64,000 nucleotides of DNA from Azolla caroliniana (lineage: Eukaryota; Plantae; Polypodiophyta), in contig JBHGNT010000012.1 of the NCBI GenBank assembly GCA_043228905.1, positions 16,554,001 to 16,618,000 on the forward strand, written 5' to 3'. Of this stretch, positions 13,507 through 25,170 are shown piece by piece. Every line of letters starts with the position of its first letter. The first letter of the stretch is position 1. A model generated the notes under the pieces. It saw nothing but the letters and a program-made list of their open reading frames with translations, was not told the origin of the DNA and ran no database searches. The position numbers and the translations under genes are program-made.

Positions 13507-16125
13507 CTTCATTAAGAAGAAAGATGGTACGCTTCGTATAGTCGTGGATTATCGGGGCTTGAATAAAGTGACTATTCGAAATCTACATGCTCTACCATTG
13601 ATCTCAAGCCTTCTAGAACGCCTCAGTGGAGCAAAATATTTAACGAAGTTAGATCTTCGAGGTGCCTACAACCTTGTTCGAATTCGTCCTGCGAATGAAT
13701 GGAATACTACTTTCCGCACTCGCTATGGCCATTTTGAGTATACAGTGATGCCATTTGGTCTCACGAATGCACCAACATTTTCCAACATATGGCGAATGAC
13801 ATTTTTCGGGACTTCCTCAATACCTTCATCATAGTTTACCTGGATGATATCTTGATCTACTCAAAAACTCAAGAGGAGCATGAGATACATGTTCGCCAAA
13901 TTTTGCTACAGTTGCAAGAGTATGGTCTCTATGAAAATTTGGAGAAGTGCAATTTCGGCTAGACTGTCAAGTAGAATTTTTGGGGTACATAGTCTCTTCA
14001 AATGGCATCTCTATGGATCCATCAAAGGTTCAAACAATTTCGGATTGGCAAACACCACAATCTATGTGAGATGTACAATGTTTTCTGGGGCTCACAAACT
14101 TTTATCGCAAGTTCATCAAAGATTATTCAAAGATTGTATTGCCCCTCACTCAACTAATGCAAAAGAATAGACCATTTCTATGGAGTACAAAGGCGAACTC
14201 TGCATTTGAGGGTTTAAAGCAAGCGTTGTCGTGAAGATTTTCGGCAATGGTGTGAAAATCACATAAAACGTACAAAATCAAGTGTCAATCATATAAAACA
14301 ATAATAGTGAATATACTAATACTAAGTAAGCTTAATATCTTAGTATAAAAGACGAAGATCTTGAAGAGGTGCACTTTACTACATAAGAAACAAACATCTA
14401 AGTGTCAACTTATGTGGGTAAGAATTTGCGAAAGAAAAAGAGAAAATTATGAGATATCCCACATAGACAGGACGAATAAGGCTCTCACCATATATAAGGT
14501 GGAGCAAAAGTTATTATCTTTGTGTCTATATGTGGAGCATAGAGAGTTCAAGGTAACTTCAATTAAGAGTGGAGGTGGCCTAGCTACTTGTAAAGGTTTT
14601 GGCCAACCAAAACCGGACCGGCGATAGAGCCGATGATCTGGCGGCAACCGGCAAAGCGACAGTGGCACACCGGCATCCGGCGTCAACGGCATCTAACGGG
14701 CCGGCGACCAGATTAATAAATAAATATCACATATATATATACAAGGAGGACAAGTGAGGATTCAAACCCATCACCTCCTAGTTAAGAGTCAATAGGCTTA
14801 CCACTAAGCCATGACATTTAGTTGAATTTATATTTCTATCATTTTACTTTTACATATAAATTCTCATATATGAGAGCTAAAATGAGTGACATGGTTATCA
14901 TGCACCACATGTAATACATGAGCGCCAAATGGCAAACATGCATAAAATGCATGTCTTGATCCCTCAAATGCATGAGGGCATCTATAAAAGAGTTCTTAAT
15001 CTCTCTCTCAATCTAAAATCAAGCGTTCTATCTTATCTCAATCTCTCTCTTTCAATCTATCTTAATTCCTTTCCTGCTAAAGCTTCCGCCAACTTCGAGT
15101 CCTTCCGGTCTAGAACCCCGACTATTTCGCCTCACGATTCACGCGTAGTGACAGATCTTCACGACATAATTAAGTGGTGAACCGGACGTGAAAGAGGCGG
15201 TAGGAAGGATCAAGCCGAGATTAATACTTGGAGATGGCGTCCTCAAGCAACCAAGTAGGAGAGCTCGAAAGATATCGTGAAGATTTTCGGCAATGGTATG
15301 AAAATCACATAAAACGTACAAAATCAAGTGTCAATCATATAAAACAATAATAGTGAATATACTAATTATAAGTAAGTTTAATATCTTAGTACAGAAGACG
15401 AAGATCTTGAAGAGATGCACATTACTACATAAGAAACAGACATTTAAGTGTCAACTTATGTGGGTAAGAATTTGCGAAAGAAAAAGAGAAAATTATGAGA
15501 TATCCCACATAGACAGGACGAATAAGGCTCTCACCATATATAAGGTGGAGCAAAAGTTATTATCTTTGTGTCTATGTGTGGAGCATAGAGAGTTCAAGGT
15601 AACTTCAACTAAGAGTGGAGGTGGCCTAGCTACTTGTAAAGGTTTTGGCCAACCAAAACCGGACTGGCGATGGAGCCGGTGATCCAGTGGCACACCGGCA
15701 ACCGGTGATCTAGTGGAACCATCATCCAACGGAGACAAAGTCGGCGAGCCGATGGAACCGACATCCAACGGCAACCATTGGTAACCGATGGCATCCGGCA
15801 TCCGGCGACCAAATTAATAAATAAATATCACATATTGTCATAACTAGACTCGAACCCATAACCTTTTGTTACACGGGTCGAGACTTTACCATTAGGTTAT
15901 AAATTGTAATTTGAAGGATATTATTTTCATTTAGGTTTTATTGGGAAATTGATGTATATTCCAGATTTCTCTGGAACATTCTAGAAACTTCAGGAGTATT
16001 CCTGAAGACACTATAAAAGGAGGCGCAAGGCATTAGTTCGAACCAAATCGGTTCAACGCCAGTCTTAAGCCTTCTAACTACTGTTGTATATCTTCCTTCA
16101 TATAATACATATACCTTTCGCATCA

Positions 16126-16173
<48 letters not shown>

Positions 16174-16408
16174 ACCCATTCCTTCTCTCAAAGTTCGACA
16201 CCTCTCATAGTACTAATCCTTCTCTGTCTTAGTACTATTCCCCGACAATAGTACTAATCCTTCTTTTAGTACTAATTCCTTCTCTGCCTTAATAGAGTTC
16301 CTGACAGTTTGAACCGATTTCCTCGGTGCCTGTCTGGTCTTTTCTCTCCCTCTTCCTTCTGTCTCCCTCCTTTCCTATTAGTCTCTTATTTTCCTTTTCC
16401 TTCATCCC

Positions 16409-17578
16409 ATGGCCACCGTTAGCGCTGAAGAGTATCAATCCGTTTTCTCGGAATTTCAATGCTTGAAAGAGAAGTTTCATGCTTTGGAACAAGAAAATCA
16501 ACGCTTGTTGGGGGATCTTCAGCAAATTTCCTTAGAAAAGCAGCAAACGCAACAACAGCATGGGGAACTTGCGTTACGCGTGCAACAACTCGAAGCAACC
16601 ATCGTAGCAATGCAACAACAAGGGCACGGAGCACAAGGGATTCATAAAGAACCCAAGATTGGCCTTCCCACGAAGTTTGATGGAACGCGATCGCAGTTTA
16701 GAGGGTTTCTTAACCAGGTACGGTTAGTTATTCAAATGCATCCGTCCCGATATCCCACCGATGCATCACGAGTGGGTTTAGTAGGCACGTTGTTAAATGG
16801 CTCAGCATTAGCATGGTTCGCTCCGCTACTAGAAAAGGAATCTCCAGTACTAAATAATTTTGAAGAATTCATAAATGAGTTTAAAGCATGTTTTGGAGAT
16901 ACTGACAGCATAAGGACTGCAATCAACAAAATCCGGCGATTACGCCAAGGTGACCGTCCAGCCTCCGCATATGCTGCAGATTTCCGCCTACTCGCCGCCG
17001 ATATCCCCTGGGATGATCAAGCATTGATGGAGCAGTTCCGCTATGGTCTACGCAACGATGTCAAGGATTTACTCTTGACTTTCCCTGAAGAGCCAAAATC
17101 ATTAACAGAAGCAATCAGTCGAGCGGTCAGATGTGACAACCGCCTCTTCGAGCGACGTTCGGAACGACAATTTCAGATGCCGAGGGCAAGATCCGAGCCT
17201 ACCTATGCCTCAGTGGTAGCAAAACCTTTTCAAAGGGAGTCACATAATGCGCCTCCAGTAAGTACTCCAACTCCAATGGAAATTGACACTACACGTCGTC
17301 GTGGGCCGCTATCGGAGGAGGAAAAGCAACGACGCCGAACAAACCGATTATGCCTTTATTGCGGTGGACCAGGGCATATCGCGATAAACTGTCCCCATAG
17401 ACCAAGAAGGCAGGTAAACCAAGTCGTTGTTAGTTCTGACTATACTAAACCCGAGTCTATTTCAGTAGGAATCTCTGATAGTCCTCATAGTCATAATAGT
17501 CCTAATAGTACTAATAGTCCGAATCTCGCAAACAAATTTGATGTCCTTAGCCAATTAGAAGAAGAGTTAAACGACTAA
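16409..17578 (+). CDS. gag: Gag: coiled coil, capsid and CCHC zinc knuckle
   Basis: 389-aa ORF; PTKFDGTRSQFRGFLNQ, LRQGDRPASAYAADF, CLYCGGPGHIAINC. Confidence 0.95.
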   Translation: MATVSAEEYQSVFSEFQCLKEKFHALEQENQRLLGDLQQISLEKQQTQQQHGELALRVQQLEATIVAMQQQGHGAQGIHKEPKIGLPTKFDGTRSQFRGFLNQVRLVIQMHPSRYPTDASRVGLVGTLLNGSALAWFAPLLEKESPVLNNFEEFINEFKACFGDTDSIRTAINKIRRLRQGDRPASAYAADFRLLAADIPWDDQALMEQFRYGLRNDVKDLLLTFPEEPKSLTEAISRAVRCDNRLFERRSERQFQMPRARSEPTYASVVAKPFQRESHNAPPVSTPTPMEIDTTRRRGPLSEEEKQRRRTNRLCLYCGGPGHIAINCPHRPRRQVNQVVVSSDYTKPESISVGISDSPHSHNSPNSTNSPNLANKFDVLSQLEEELND

Positions 17579-20500
17579 GTCCAGCCAAAATAGGAGCCGT
17601 TTGGTTGGACAACCCTAGATCTGTGCAGCCCATTAGTGGTTCCATTCCCTCTAAGCAAGTTAGTGATGTGTTCGTAGCCCAAGTAGCAGTTAGTACTAAA
17701 AGTACCCCTCCAGTACATACCTTAGCCCTTCTAGATTCCGGAGCTAATTCTTGCTTCATGGATAGGAATTTTGCCCGAGCTCATCAGATATCTCTCAGAA
17801 AGCTCCCATGTCCAGCCTCAGTAGTAGTCATTGATGGTCGTCCCATTGCTTCTGGTAATATCATAGAAGAGTCGGAACCCGTTAATATTGTCCTAGATAA
17901 CTTAACATGTGTAGTATCATTTAATATTATTAGTATTCCAGAACATCCCATAGTTTTAGGATTACCATGGTTCGAGTTACATAACCCAGACATAGATTGG
18001 AGGACAAGGGAAATCCGGTTGCGACAAACCCAAGGATCTACCCAGAAGGTTGCAACCATTTCGCTACGTCAGTTGCGTGAGGAAGGGCGCAAGGAGGAAA
18101 TGTTTCTCTTCGCAATATCAGTACAACCCTCCAGTACCACCAAAGAGGAGTCCACCGTTCAACTTCCCGAGAAGTATCGTCAGTATGCTGATGTGTTCGA
18201 TAAAGTACAAGCCAACACACTTCCTCATCATCGGCCGTACGATTGCGCCATCGACTTACAACCGGGAAAAGAGCCGCCATGGGGGCCGATCTACAATTTG
18301 TCACCAACCGAGCTAGAAGTCCTTCGAGCCTATATAGAGGAGAATTTGGAGAACGGTTTCATTCGGCATTCGAAATCTCCAGCCGGCGCACCCATTTTCT
18401 TCGTCAAGAAAAAAGATGGCTCGCTTCGACTCGTTGTAGATTACCGTGGCTTGAATAAGGTCACAGTAAGAAATAGGTATGCTCTTCCCCTTATCTCAAG
18501 TCTTTTAGAACGGATCAACGGTGCCAGGTTCTTCACGAAGATCGACTTACGAGGAGCCTATAACCTCGTACGGATCCGACCAGGAGATGAATGGAAGACC
18601 GCGTTTCGCACCAGATATGGGCACTTCGAGTATACGGTCATGCCGTTCGGACTCACTAATGCGCCGGCAGTCTTCCAGCACATGGCGAATGATATATTTC
18701 GAGATCTCTTGGATGATTTTTTGATCATCTATTTGGATGATCTACTGGTTTATTCAAAGACCCAAGAAGAACATGATTCTCATGTACTATTAGTACTAAA
18801 ACGACTTCGAGAACATGGTCTGTATGCAAAGTTAGAGAAATGTAGTTTCGGGTGCAACCAAGTGGAGTTTCTCGGCTATGTCATCTCCTCAGAAGGCATA
18901 TCTATGGACCCAGCCAAGGTCAAAACGGTGATAGAATGGCACACTCCGCGTTCGGTGCGGGATGTGCAATGCTTCCTAGGCTTTGCAAATTTTTACCGGA
19001 AGTTCATACAAAATTACTCAAAAATTGTGCTGCCTCTCACACAGCTCACCAGGAAGGGACAATCATTCCTTTGGTCTAAAGAGACGGACATGGCTTTCGA
19101 GAGTCTTAAGAAGGCGTTTACATCAGCTCCAATTTTAGGTCATGTGGATCCGGAAAAACCATTCATTATCGAAGCTGACGCATCGGATTTCGCATTGGGG
19201 AGCATTCTGTCACAACAGGGTAACGACGAGAAGCTACATCCTGTGGCTTTCCACTCCCGTAAGTTTGACGCCGCCGAAATCAACTACGAAATTCATGATA
19301 AAGAGCTATTAGCAATAGTTGATTCTTTTATGCAATGGAGGCATTTCCTGGAGGGATCTCCTCATCAGGTCACTGTATTCAGTGACCACAAGAACCTTGC
19401 CTACTTTCAAGATGCTCGTGTACTGAATCGACGTCAAGCTCGGTGGGCCCACTTCCTCACACGCTTCGACTTCAAAATTACATATCGTCCGGGGAAGCAC
19501 CAAGGGAAGGCAGATGCATTATCACGGCGTTCGTATCTAACACCACGTCCCGGTGAGCCAGCTTTCGATAACCAGAAGCAAGTAATCTTGGGTCCAGCAC
19601 GACTGCAAGCAGCACAGGTCTTTGACATGCCCGTGGATTCCGACATTACCAATACTATACGTGAGGACTTGAAGACTGACGCTTTCGCCCAAGCTATACT
19701 AGCACAAATTGACCCCTCTCGAGCGTCATGTTCACAATCACAATCACCAGGTACGGATTATCGGCAATTCAAATACTGTGATGGATTACTCTTCTTTAAA
19801 GAACTTTTGTATGTTCCTAATGGTTCTTGCCGCCTTCGAGTAGTACAAAACTGCCATGACACATATACAGCAGGACATTTTGGTAGTACTAAAACATTAG
19901 ATTTAGTACAACGATCATTCTGGTGGCCCCGTATGCGACAATTTGTCGAAGATTTTGTTCGGACTTGCGATACATGCTGCAGAGCGAAAATGCCAAGACA
20001 TCATCCATATGGTTTATTAGAACCATTACCAATTCCAAACAAGCCATGGCAATCCATTGCTCTTGACTTCATTACAGATCTCCCAGTCTCTAAGGGATTC
20101 AGTGCGATTCTCACAGTGGTGGATCGATATACAAAGATGGCTCATTTCTTACCATGTACTAAAGAAATATCTAGTGAAGACACCGCCGAAATTGTCATGC
20201 GGGAAGTATGTCGGCATCATGGACTCCCTGATAATATCATCAGCGATCGTGGACCTCAGTTTGTGTCAAAATTCTGGAAGCACCTTTTTAAAATGCTGAA
20301 GGTCACTTGTCACCTCTCCTCCGGCTACCACCCACAAACCGACGGTCAAGCTGAACGAACAAATCAAACACTGGAGCAGTATCTGCGGTGCTTTCTCAAC
20401 TATCATCAGAATGACTGGGCAGATATTCTTCAGTTCGCCGAATTTGCCTATAATAACGCTATCCACGCATCGACTAAAGTCACGCCATTCTACGCTTATA

Positions 20501-21162
20501 CAGGATATCATCCCCGGTGGTGTGTCCTTGAAACCCCAGAAGTGTCCACAAATCCTTGCGCGGAGGATCGTTTGGAGCGGTTACGCAAGATACAAGCGGA
20601 TTTATCTACTCAACTCCAGCAAGCTCAACAATCACACAAGGACTACGCAGATCGTCATCGACTTCCATCCAGTTTTAACATTGGAGATCGGGTGTGGCTG
20701 CTACGACGACACATCAAGACTACTCGCCCATGTGAGAAGTTGGATTATCGGCGATTAGGTCCTTTCCGTATTATCGGGAAGATTAATGATGTCGCTTTTC
20801 GTCTCGAGCTACCTCCGCAACTTCGGATACATCCGGTGTTTCATAGTTCTCTCCTCGAACCCTATCACGAGAGCACTATCCCAGGACGTACTATACAACC
20901 ACCACCTCCTATCGAGCTCGAAGATGGACCTGAGTATGAGGTCGCTGCCATCCTCGATTCCAAGATTGTTCGCAACAAGCTCTACTATCTAGTCGATTGG
21001 CTAGGATATAGTCCCAGCGAGCGTACTTGGGAACCGATCGAGAATGTGACCAATGCTCGTGCTCTTCTAGAAGACTTCCATCAACGATATCCCGAGAAAC
21101 CGGGTCCTCAATCCAAAACGACTCGTGGAACTCGTCGTTTTAAAGGGGGGATAGTGTCATAA
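17551..21162 (+). CDS. pol: Pol: protease, RT, RNase H, integrase, chromodomain; in the -1 frame relative to gag
   Basis: LLDSGA; YLDD; DASD..ELLAI; HDT..AGH..CDTC; SDRG; EYEVAAILDS..YLVDWLGY..TWEP. Frame is open from 17551 with no ATG before the protease active site. Confidence 0.95.
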   Translation, partial: PIRRRVKRLSPAKIGAVWLDNPRSVQPISGSIPSKQVSDVFVAQVAVSTKSTPPVHTLALLDSGANSCFMDRNFARAHQISLRKLPCPASVVVIDGRPIASGNIIEESEPVNIVLDNLTCVVSFNIISIPEHPIVLGLPWFELHNPDIDWRTREIRLRQTQGSTQKVATISLRQLREEGRKEEMFLFAISVQPSSTTKEESTVQLPEKYRQYADVFDKVQANTLPHHRPYDCAIDLQPGKEPPWGPIYNLSPTELEVLRAYIEENLENGFIRHSKSPAGAPIFFVKKKDGSLRLVVDYRGLNKVTVRNRYALPLISSLLERINGARFFTKIDLRGAYNLVRIRPGDEWKTAFRTRYGHFEYTVMPFGLTNAPAVFQHMANDIFRDLLDDFLIIYLDDLLVYSKTQEEHDSHVLLVLKRLREHGLYAKLEKCSFGCNQVEFLGYVISSEGISMDPAKVKTVIEWHTPRSVRDVQCFLGFANFYRKFIQNYSKIVLPLTQLTRKGQSFLWSKETDMAFESLKKAFTSAPILGHVDPEKPFIIEADASDFALGSILSQQGNDEKLHPVAFHSRKFDAAEINYEIHDKELLAIVDSFMQWRHFLEGSPHQVTVFSDHKNLAYFQDARVLNRRQARWAHFLTRFDFKITYRPGKHQGKADALSRRSYLTPRPGEPAFDNQKQVILGPARLQAAQVFDMPVDSDITNTIREDLKTDAFAQAILAQIDPSRASCSQSQSPGTDYRQFKYCDGLLFFKELLYVPNGSCRLRVVQNCHDTYTAGHFGSTKTLDLVQRSFWWPRMRQFVEDFVRTCDTCCRAKMPRHHPYGLLEPLPIPNKPWQSIALDFITDLPVSKGFSAILTVVDRYTKMAHFLPCTKEISSEDTAEIVMREVCRHHGLPDNIISDRGPQFVSKFWKHLFKMLKVTCHLSSGYHPQTDGQAERTNQTLEQYLRCFLNYHQNDWADILQFAEFAYNNAIHASTKVTPFYAYTGYHPRWCVLETPEVSTNPCAEDRLERLRKIQADLSTQLQQAQQSHKDYADRHRLPSSFNIGDRVWLLRRHIKTTRPCEKLDYRRLGPFRIIGKINDVAFRLELPPQLRIHPVFHSSLLEPYHESTIPGRTIQPPPPIELEDGPEYEVAAILDSKIVRNKLYYLVDWLGYSPSERTWEPIENVTNARALLEDFHQRYPEKPGPQSKTTRGTRRFKGGIVS

Positions 21163-21444
21163 CTAGACTCGAACCCATAACCTTTTGTTACACGGGTCGA
21201 GACTTTACCATTAGGTTATAAATTGTAATTTGAAGGATATTATTTTCATTTAGGTTTTATTGGGAAATTGATGTATATTCCAGATTTCTCTGGAACATTC
21301 TAGAAACTTCAGGAGTATTCCTGAAGACACTATAAAAGGAGGCGCAAGGCATTAGTTCGAACCAAATCGGTTCAACGCCAGTCTTAAGCCTTCTAACTAC
21401 TGTTGTATATCTTCCTTCATATAATACATATACCTTTCGCATCA

Positions 21445-21496
<52 letters not shown>

Positions 21497-22269
21497 ACCC
21501 ATTCCTTCTCTCAAAGTTCGACACCTCTCATAGTACTAATCCTTCTCTGTCTTAGTACTATTCCCCGACAATAGTACTAATCCTTCTTTTAGTACTAATT
21601 CCTTCTCTGCCTTAATAGAGTTCCTGACACATATAAATATACAAGGAGGGCAAGTGAGGGTTCAAACCTTGCACCTCCTAGTTAAGAGTCAATAGGTTTA
21701 TGACTAAGCCATGACATTTAGTTGAATTTGTATTTCTATCATTTTAGTTTACATATACATTCTTATACATGAGAGCTAAAATGAGTAACATGGTTATCAT
21801 GCACCACATGTAATACATGAGCGCCAAATGGCAAACATGCATTTTATGCATGTCTTGAACCCTCAAATGCATGAGGGCATCTATAAAAGAGGGAATGAAA
21901 AAGATAAATGGGGATTTTTCTTGGAAAAAAAAGAAAGCTTTGTACTTTAAATCAAGATTAATATTAAGAAGAAAATTTGTTATCCTTTTGATGATATACC
22001 TTGTTCTTGAAATCTAAAGTCAAGAGTTCTTAATCTCTCTCTCAATCTAAACTCAAGCAATCTATCTTATCTCAATCTCTCTCTCTTTCAATCTATCTTA
22101 ATTCCTTTCCCGCTAAAGCTTGTGCAAACTACGAGTCCTTCCGGTCCAGAACCCCGGCGGTTCCGCCTCGCGATCCGCGCCTAGTTACGGATCTTCACGA
22201 CATAATTAAGTGGTGAACCCGACGTGAAAGAGGTGGTATGAAGGATCAAGCCGAGATTAATACTTGGAG

Positions 22270-25170
22270 ATGGCGTCCTCAAGCAACCAAGCGGGAGAGC
22301 TCGAAAGGATGATGCTTATCGTCGAGCAAATGATGAGATCTCGGGACAACGACACGAGCGTGGAGAAGGCTATCGATCATGTCGTAGAGCTCGAGGGCCA
22401 ATTCGATGGAAGGAACGTTACAAAGTTCCTTGATGTATATAAAAGGGAGATGAATCAAAGGGACGTGTCCGAAGCACGTCAAATCGCAAGTTTTAAGAGG
22501 GTGGTTGCCAACAACATCCAAAGACGCATCATCGAACTTCAAGAAGGTAAGACAACATGGTCCGAGTTTGAGAAAACGATACTAGCGGAGTTCGCGACTG
22601 AAGACTCAACGAGGATGACTCGACATGCCCTGATGAAGTGGATAGAGAAGAAGAATAAGAAGATGAGCGCCTCGAGGGTGTACGACGAATTTGACTAGAT
22701 GTTGAGTTGTCTCCCCAACACGGACCAAGTGTTGCTTGAAGAGGACAAGACTTTATACTTCTTAAAAGTTGTGGACATGAAGGATAGAAGAGAGTTGGGG
22801 ACTCTCCTCGAAGATGACACCCAAGCGAACGGTGTCGTGCCTTTCGGCTTCGGATCGTTGCATGAGTCGGGTGGGAACCGCCGAGATTTTGGACTAGGAG
22901 AAAGAAGAATATGAGATGAGGCTAGTAATGAATAGATTATTAGAAAGAGAGATAGAAATTTCGTGAATCCCACGAGTGTATTGTATTCGATTAATCAATA
23001 TTTAGATAAGAATATGTATTTAGATTGAAAGAAAGATATAAGAAACTTGTGAATCCCACAAGTATAGATTATATTATTTTCGTGAATCCCACGATTATAT
23101 TAATCGGTTGGTGTTTTCGGAAATATATCCAATTTCCAAATATTTCACACACCTATTACATTGTGCTCCCCATCCTTATGTAGTGATGGGAGAGACTAAG
23201 CATAACTACATGTTTTTTTCTAATATGTTCATGCACACTAAATGTGCATGTGATGCTTTTCTAATCCTTGCTTTTATTTGCTAAATATAGTGCTCATGCA
23301 CGCTAGATGTGCATGAGTCACTTTTTAGTTGCTTGCGTTTTTCTATAAAATATTCATGCACTCTAAAAATGCACGATTTACCTTTTAATAAAGGTAGGTG
23401 CAAATAAAGCAGTTATAGTTATTAAATCTATTTATAGAACACTAAAGATAAGGTAGCATAATGGTAAAGTTGAGGTTTGGCTACGTGGAGGTACAAGGTT
23501 CGAATCTTGCCTTGTGCACGTGATAAATATCTTGATATTTTTATTTTATTTATTTATATGTAATTAAATCGGTTATATTATTTTTACTTTTTCACGTAGT
23601 GTACGAAATACACTACGACAACGGGCTTGTGGCGGACTGGGTTGCGATGAAGCAAGCATGCAACAAGATCGATAGACGTCGTCGATGGCTTGATGGTATT
23701 GACTTGGTAAGGCCGATCATAGAGAGAGCAAAACCATCCAAAGAAGTAGAGACGCCTAAACAACGCATGCAACATGAAAAGAAGATTGATGATGAGTCAA
23801 GGACGATGACGACCATTTCAAAGGAGGATAAATGTTTCAGAATATGCGTCGTGTTCGAAACAAAGAATGATGAAGGAGCAAGCCTAATCGAAGCTTGCAT
23901 TAAAGGAGATAAAGAATGCGAGATTGACATGATAGAGGATCTAGCCACTAAAATCGAGGAGGTGGCTATGAGCAAGACAACAAGAGTCGACAACGACCAT
24001 GGCGAGATTTTCTCCAGACCTGTACTAGAGACTTGGGCAGTTGCATCCGCTAACCAACGTGAGACCCAAGAGACGGGAGGTGGCGGCGAAGAACCAGAGG
24101 TCGAAGCTAAAGAGAGAAGGATAATCGAAGCATGTTCGATCAAGAGATTCAATGGGTGCGAGGCCCATGAGATTGAAGAGATAGCCACGAAAAACGACAT
24201 CGAGTCGGAGAGGGCTATGAACGAGTCAATGGCGATTCGTCCTGTTGAGACTTTCCCACTGCTAACTCTAGAGACTTCAATGGTTGCGATCGAAAGGCAA
24301 CGCGAGACCGAAGAGACGGAAGATGGAGGAGAGACAACAAAGGTCAAAGCCGATGTATATGATGAAGAGATAGCCAAGAAGGAGGCTATGGACGAAATGA
24401 CGAAGGAAGGTAATACTAAGGAATCCGGCCCACTAATTCTAGAGACTTCGGCGGTTGTGTCAGAGAACCAATGTGAGACCGGAGAGACGGATGGTGGCAA
24501 AAGGGAAGAGAAGGACAAAGATAGTAAAGACAATGACGACGGCAAAATTTCCTCCACACTCTTTCCAGAGGCTTGGGCAATTGCGTACGAGAACCGATGT
24601 AAGACCCAAGAGACGGGAGGTGATGGCGAAGAACCAAAGGCCGAAACTAATACATGCGCCAAAAGACGGAAGTTGGTGGTGAGGAAGCAAAGGTCAATGC
24701 TGATTCACACAACGACGGCAAGGAAGCAAAGATCAATGCTGATTCAAGAAACATTAAGATGGAAATGGCTAAGTGCGGCACGAAAAAGGCAAACGACGGA
24801 AATGTATGGGTCCCTCCACACTCTTTCCGGAGACTTGGGCATTAACCAATGTAAGACCCAAGAGAAGGATAGTGACGGGGAAGTAGGGGTTAAAGCTAAT
24901 GCGTGCAACGAAGAATTTGCGCAAAATATGGCAAGGGATGGCGATGGCCAAGCGAGCCGTGAGGATTTGACGGATGTGATCAAAACATCTATCAAAGACA
25001 CTACTATGAATGTGTCCAAGTGCCTTGAGCAAGGAGATGATCGAGACAAAGGCAGAACATTTATGAGACTTAAACGATTATTCTCAGGAAGGGAGCAAGG
25101 GACCATGACAACAAGTCATGGTAAAGCAAAGAAAAGACGAATGATATGGTGGATTGGCTGGCAACCATGA
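22270..25170 (+). pseudogene. Gag-like ORF with a long acidic repetitive tail; one internal stop and a solo-LTR insertion
   Basis: FDGRNVTKFLDVY..TWSEFEK gag-like core. The frame rejoins as QANG|LVADW after removing 22833-23624. No PR, RT, RH or INT motifs before the PPT. Confidence 0.75.
22833..23620. mobile_element. Solo LTR with a 4-bp TSD
   Basis: Ends TGTCGT..ACGACA; TSD ACGG (22829-22832 and 23621-23624); contains a tRNA-like A/B-box module. Confidence 0.85.

Larger units (their letters stand above)
15836..21629 (+). mobile_element. Intact, very recent chromoviral Gypsy retrotransposon (Tcn1/sushi-like)
   Basis: LTRs 15836-16306 and 21155-21629, identical by eye except (CT)19 versus (CT)21; TSD CATAT; PPT at 21142-21154; uninterrupted gag and pol ORFs. 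Confidence 0.97.

Noticed and set aside
14361-14627. Recurring ~88-aa ORF in three places
   Set aside because: It recurs only because it lies in the repeated LTR; non-ATG start and no domain.
14745-14818. Bona fide tRNA genes in LTRs
   Set aside because: A and B boxes are present but acceptor and anticodon stems pair poorly and copies diverge; treated as tRNA-derived modules.
17590-17617. H-type pseudoknot (loop TAGG pairing with CCTA) at the frameshift site
   Set aside because: Only 4 bp, and a 3-nt linker is too short to span an 11-bp stem; only the hairpin is claimed.
23613-24662. Long antisense ORFs (349 aa here, also 11156-11992) as env-like or extra genes
   Set aside because: Ser/Leu-rich mirror frames of purine-rich repetitive sense ORFs, with no recognisable domain.
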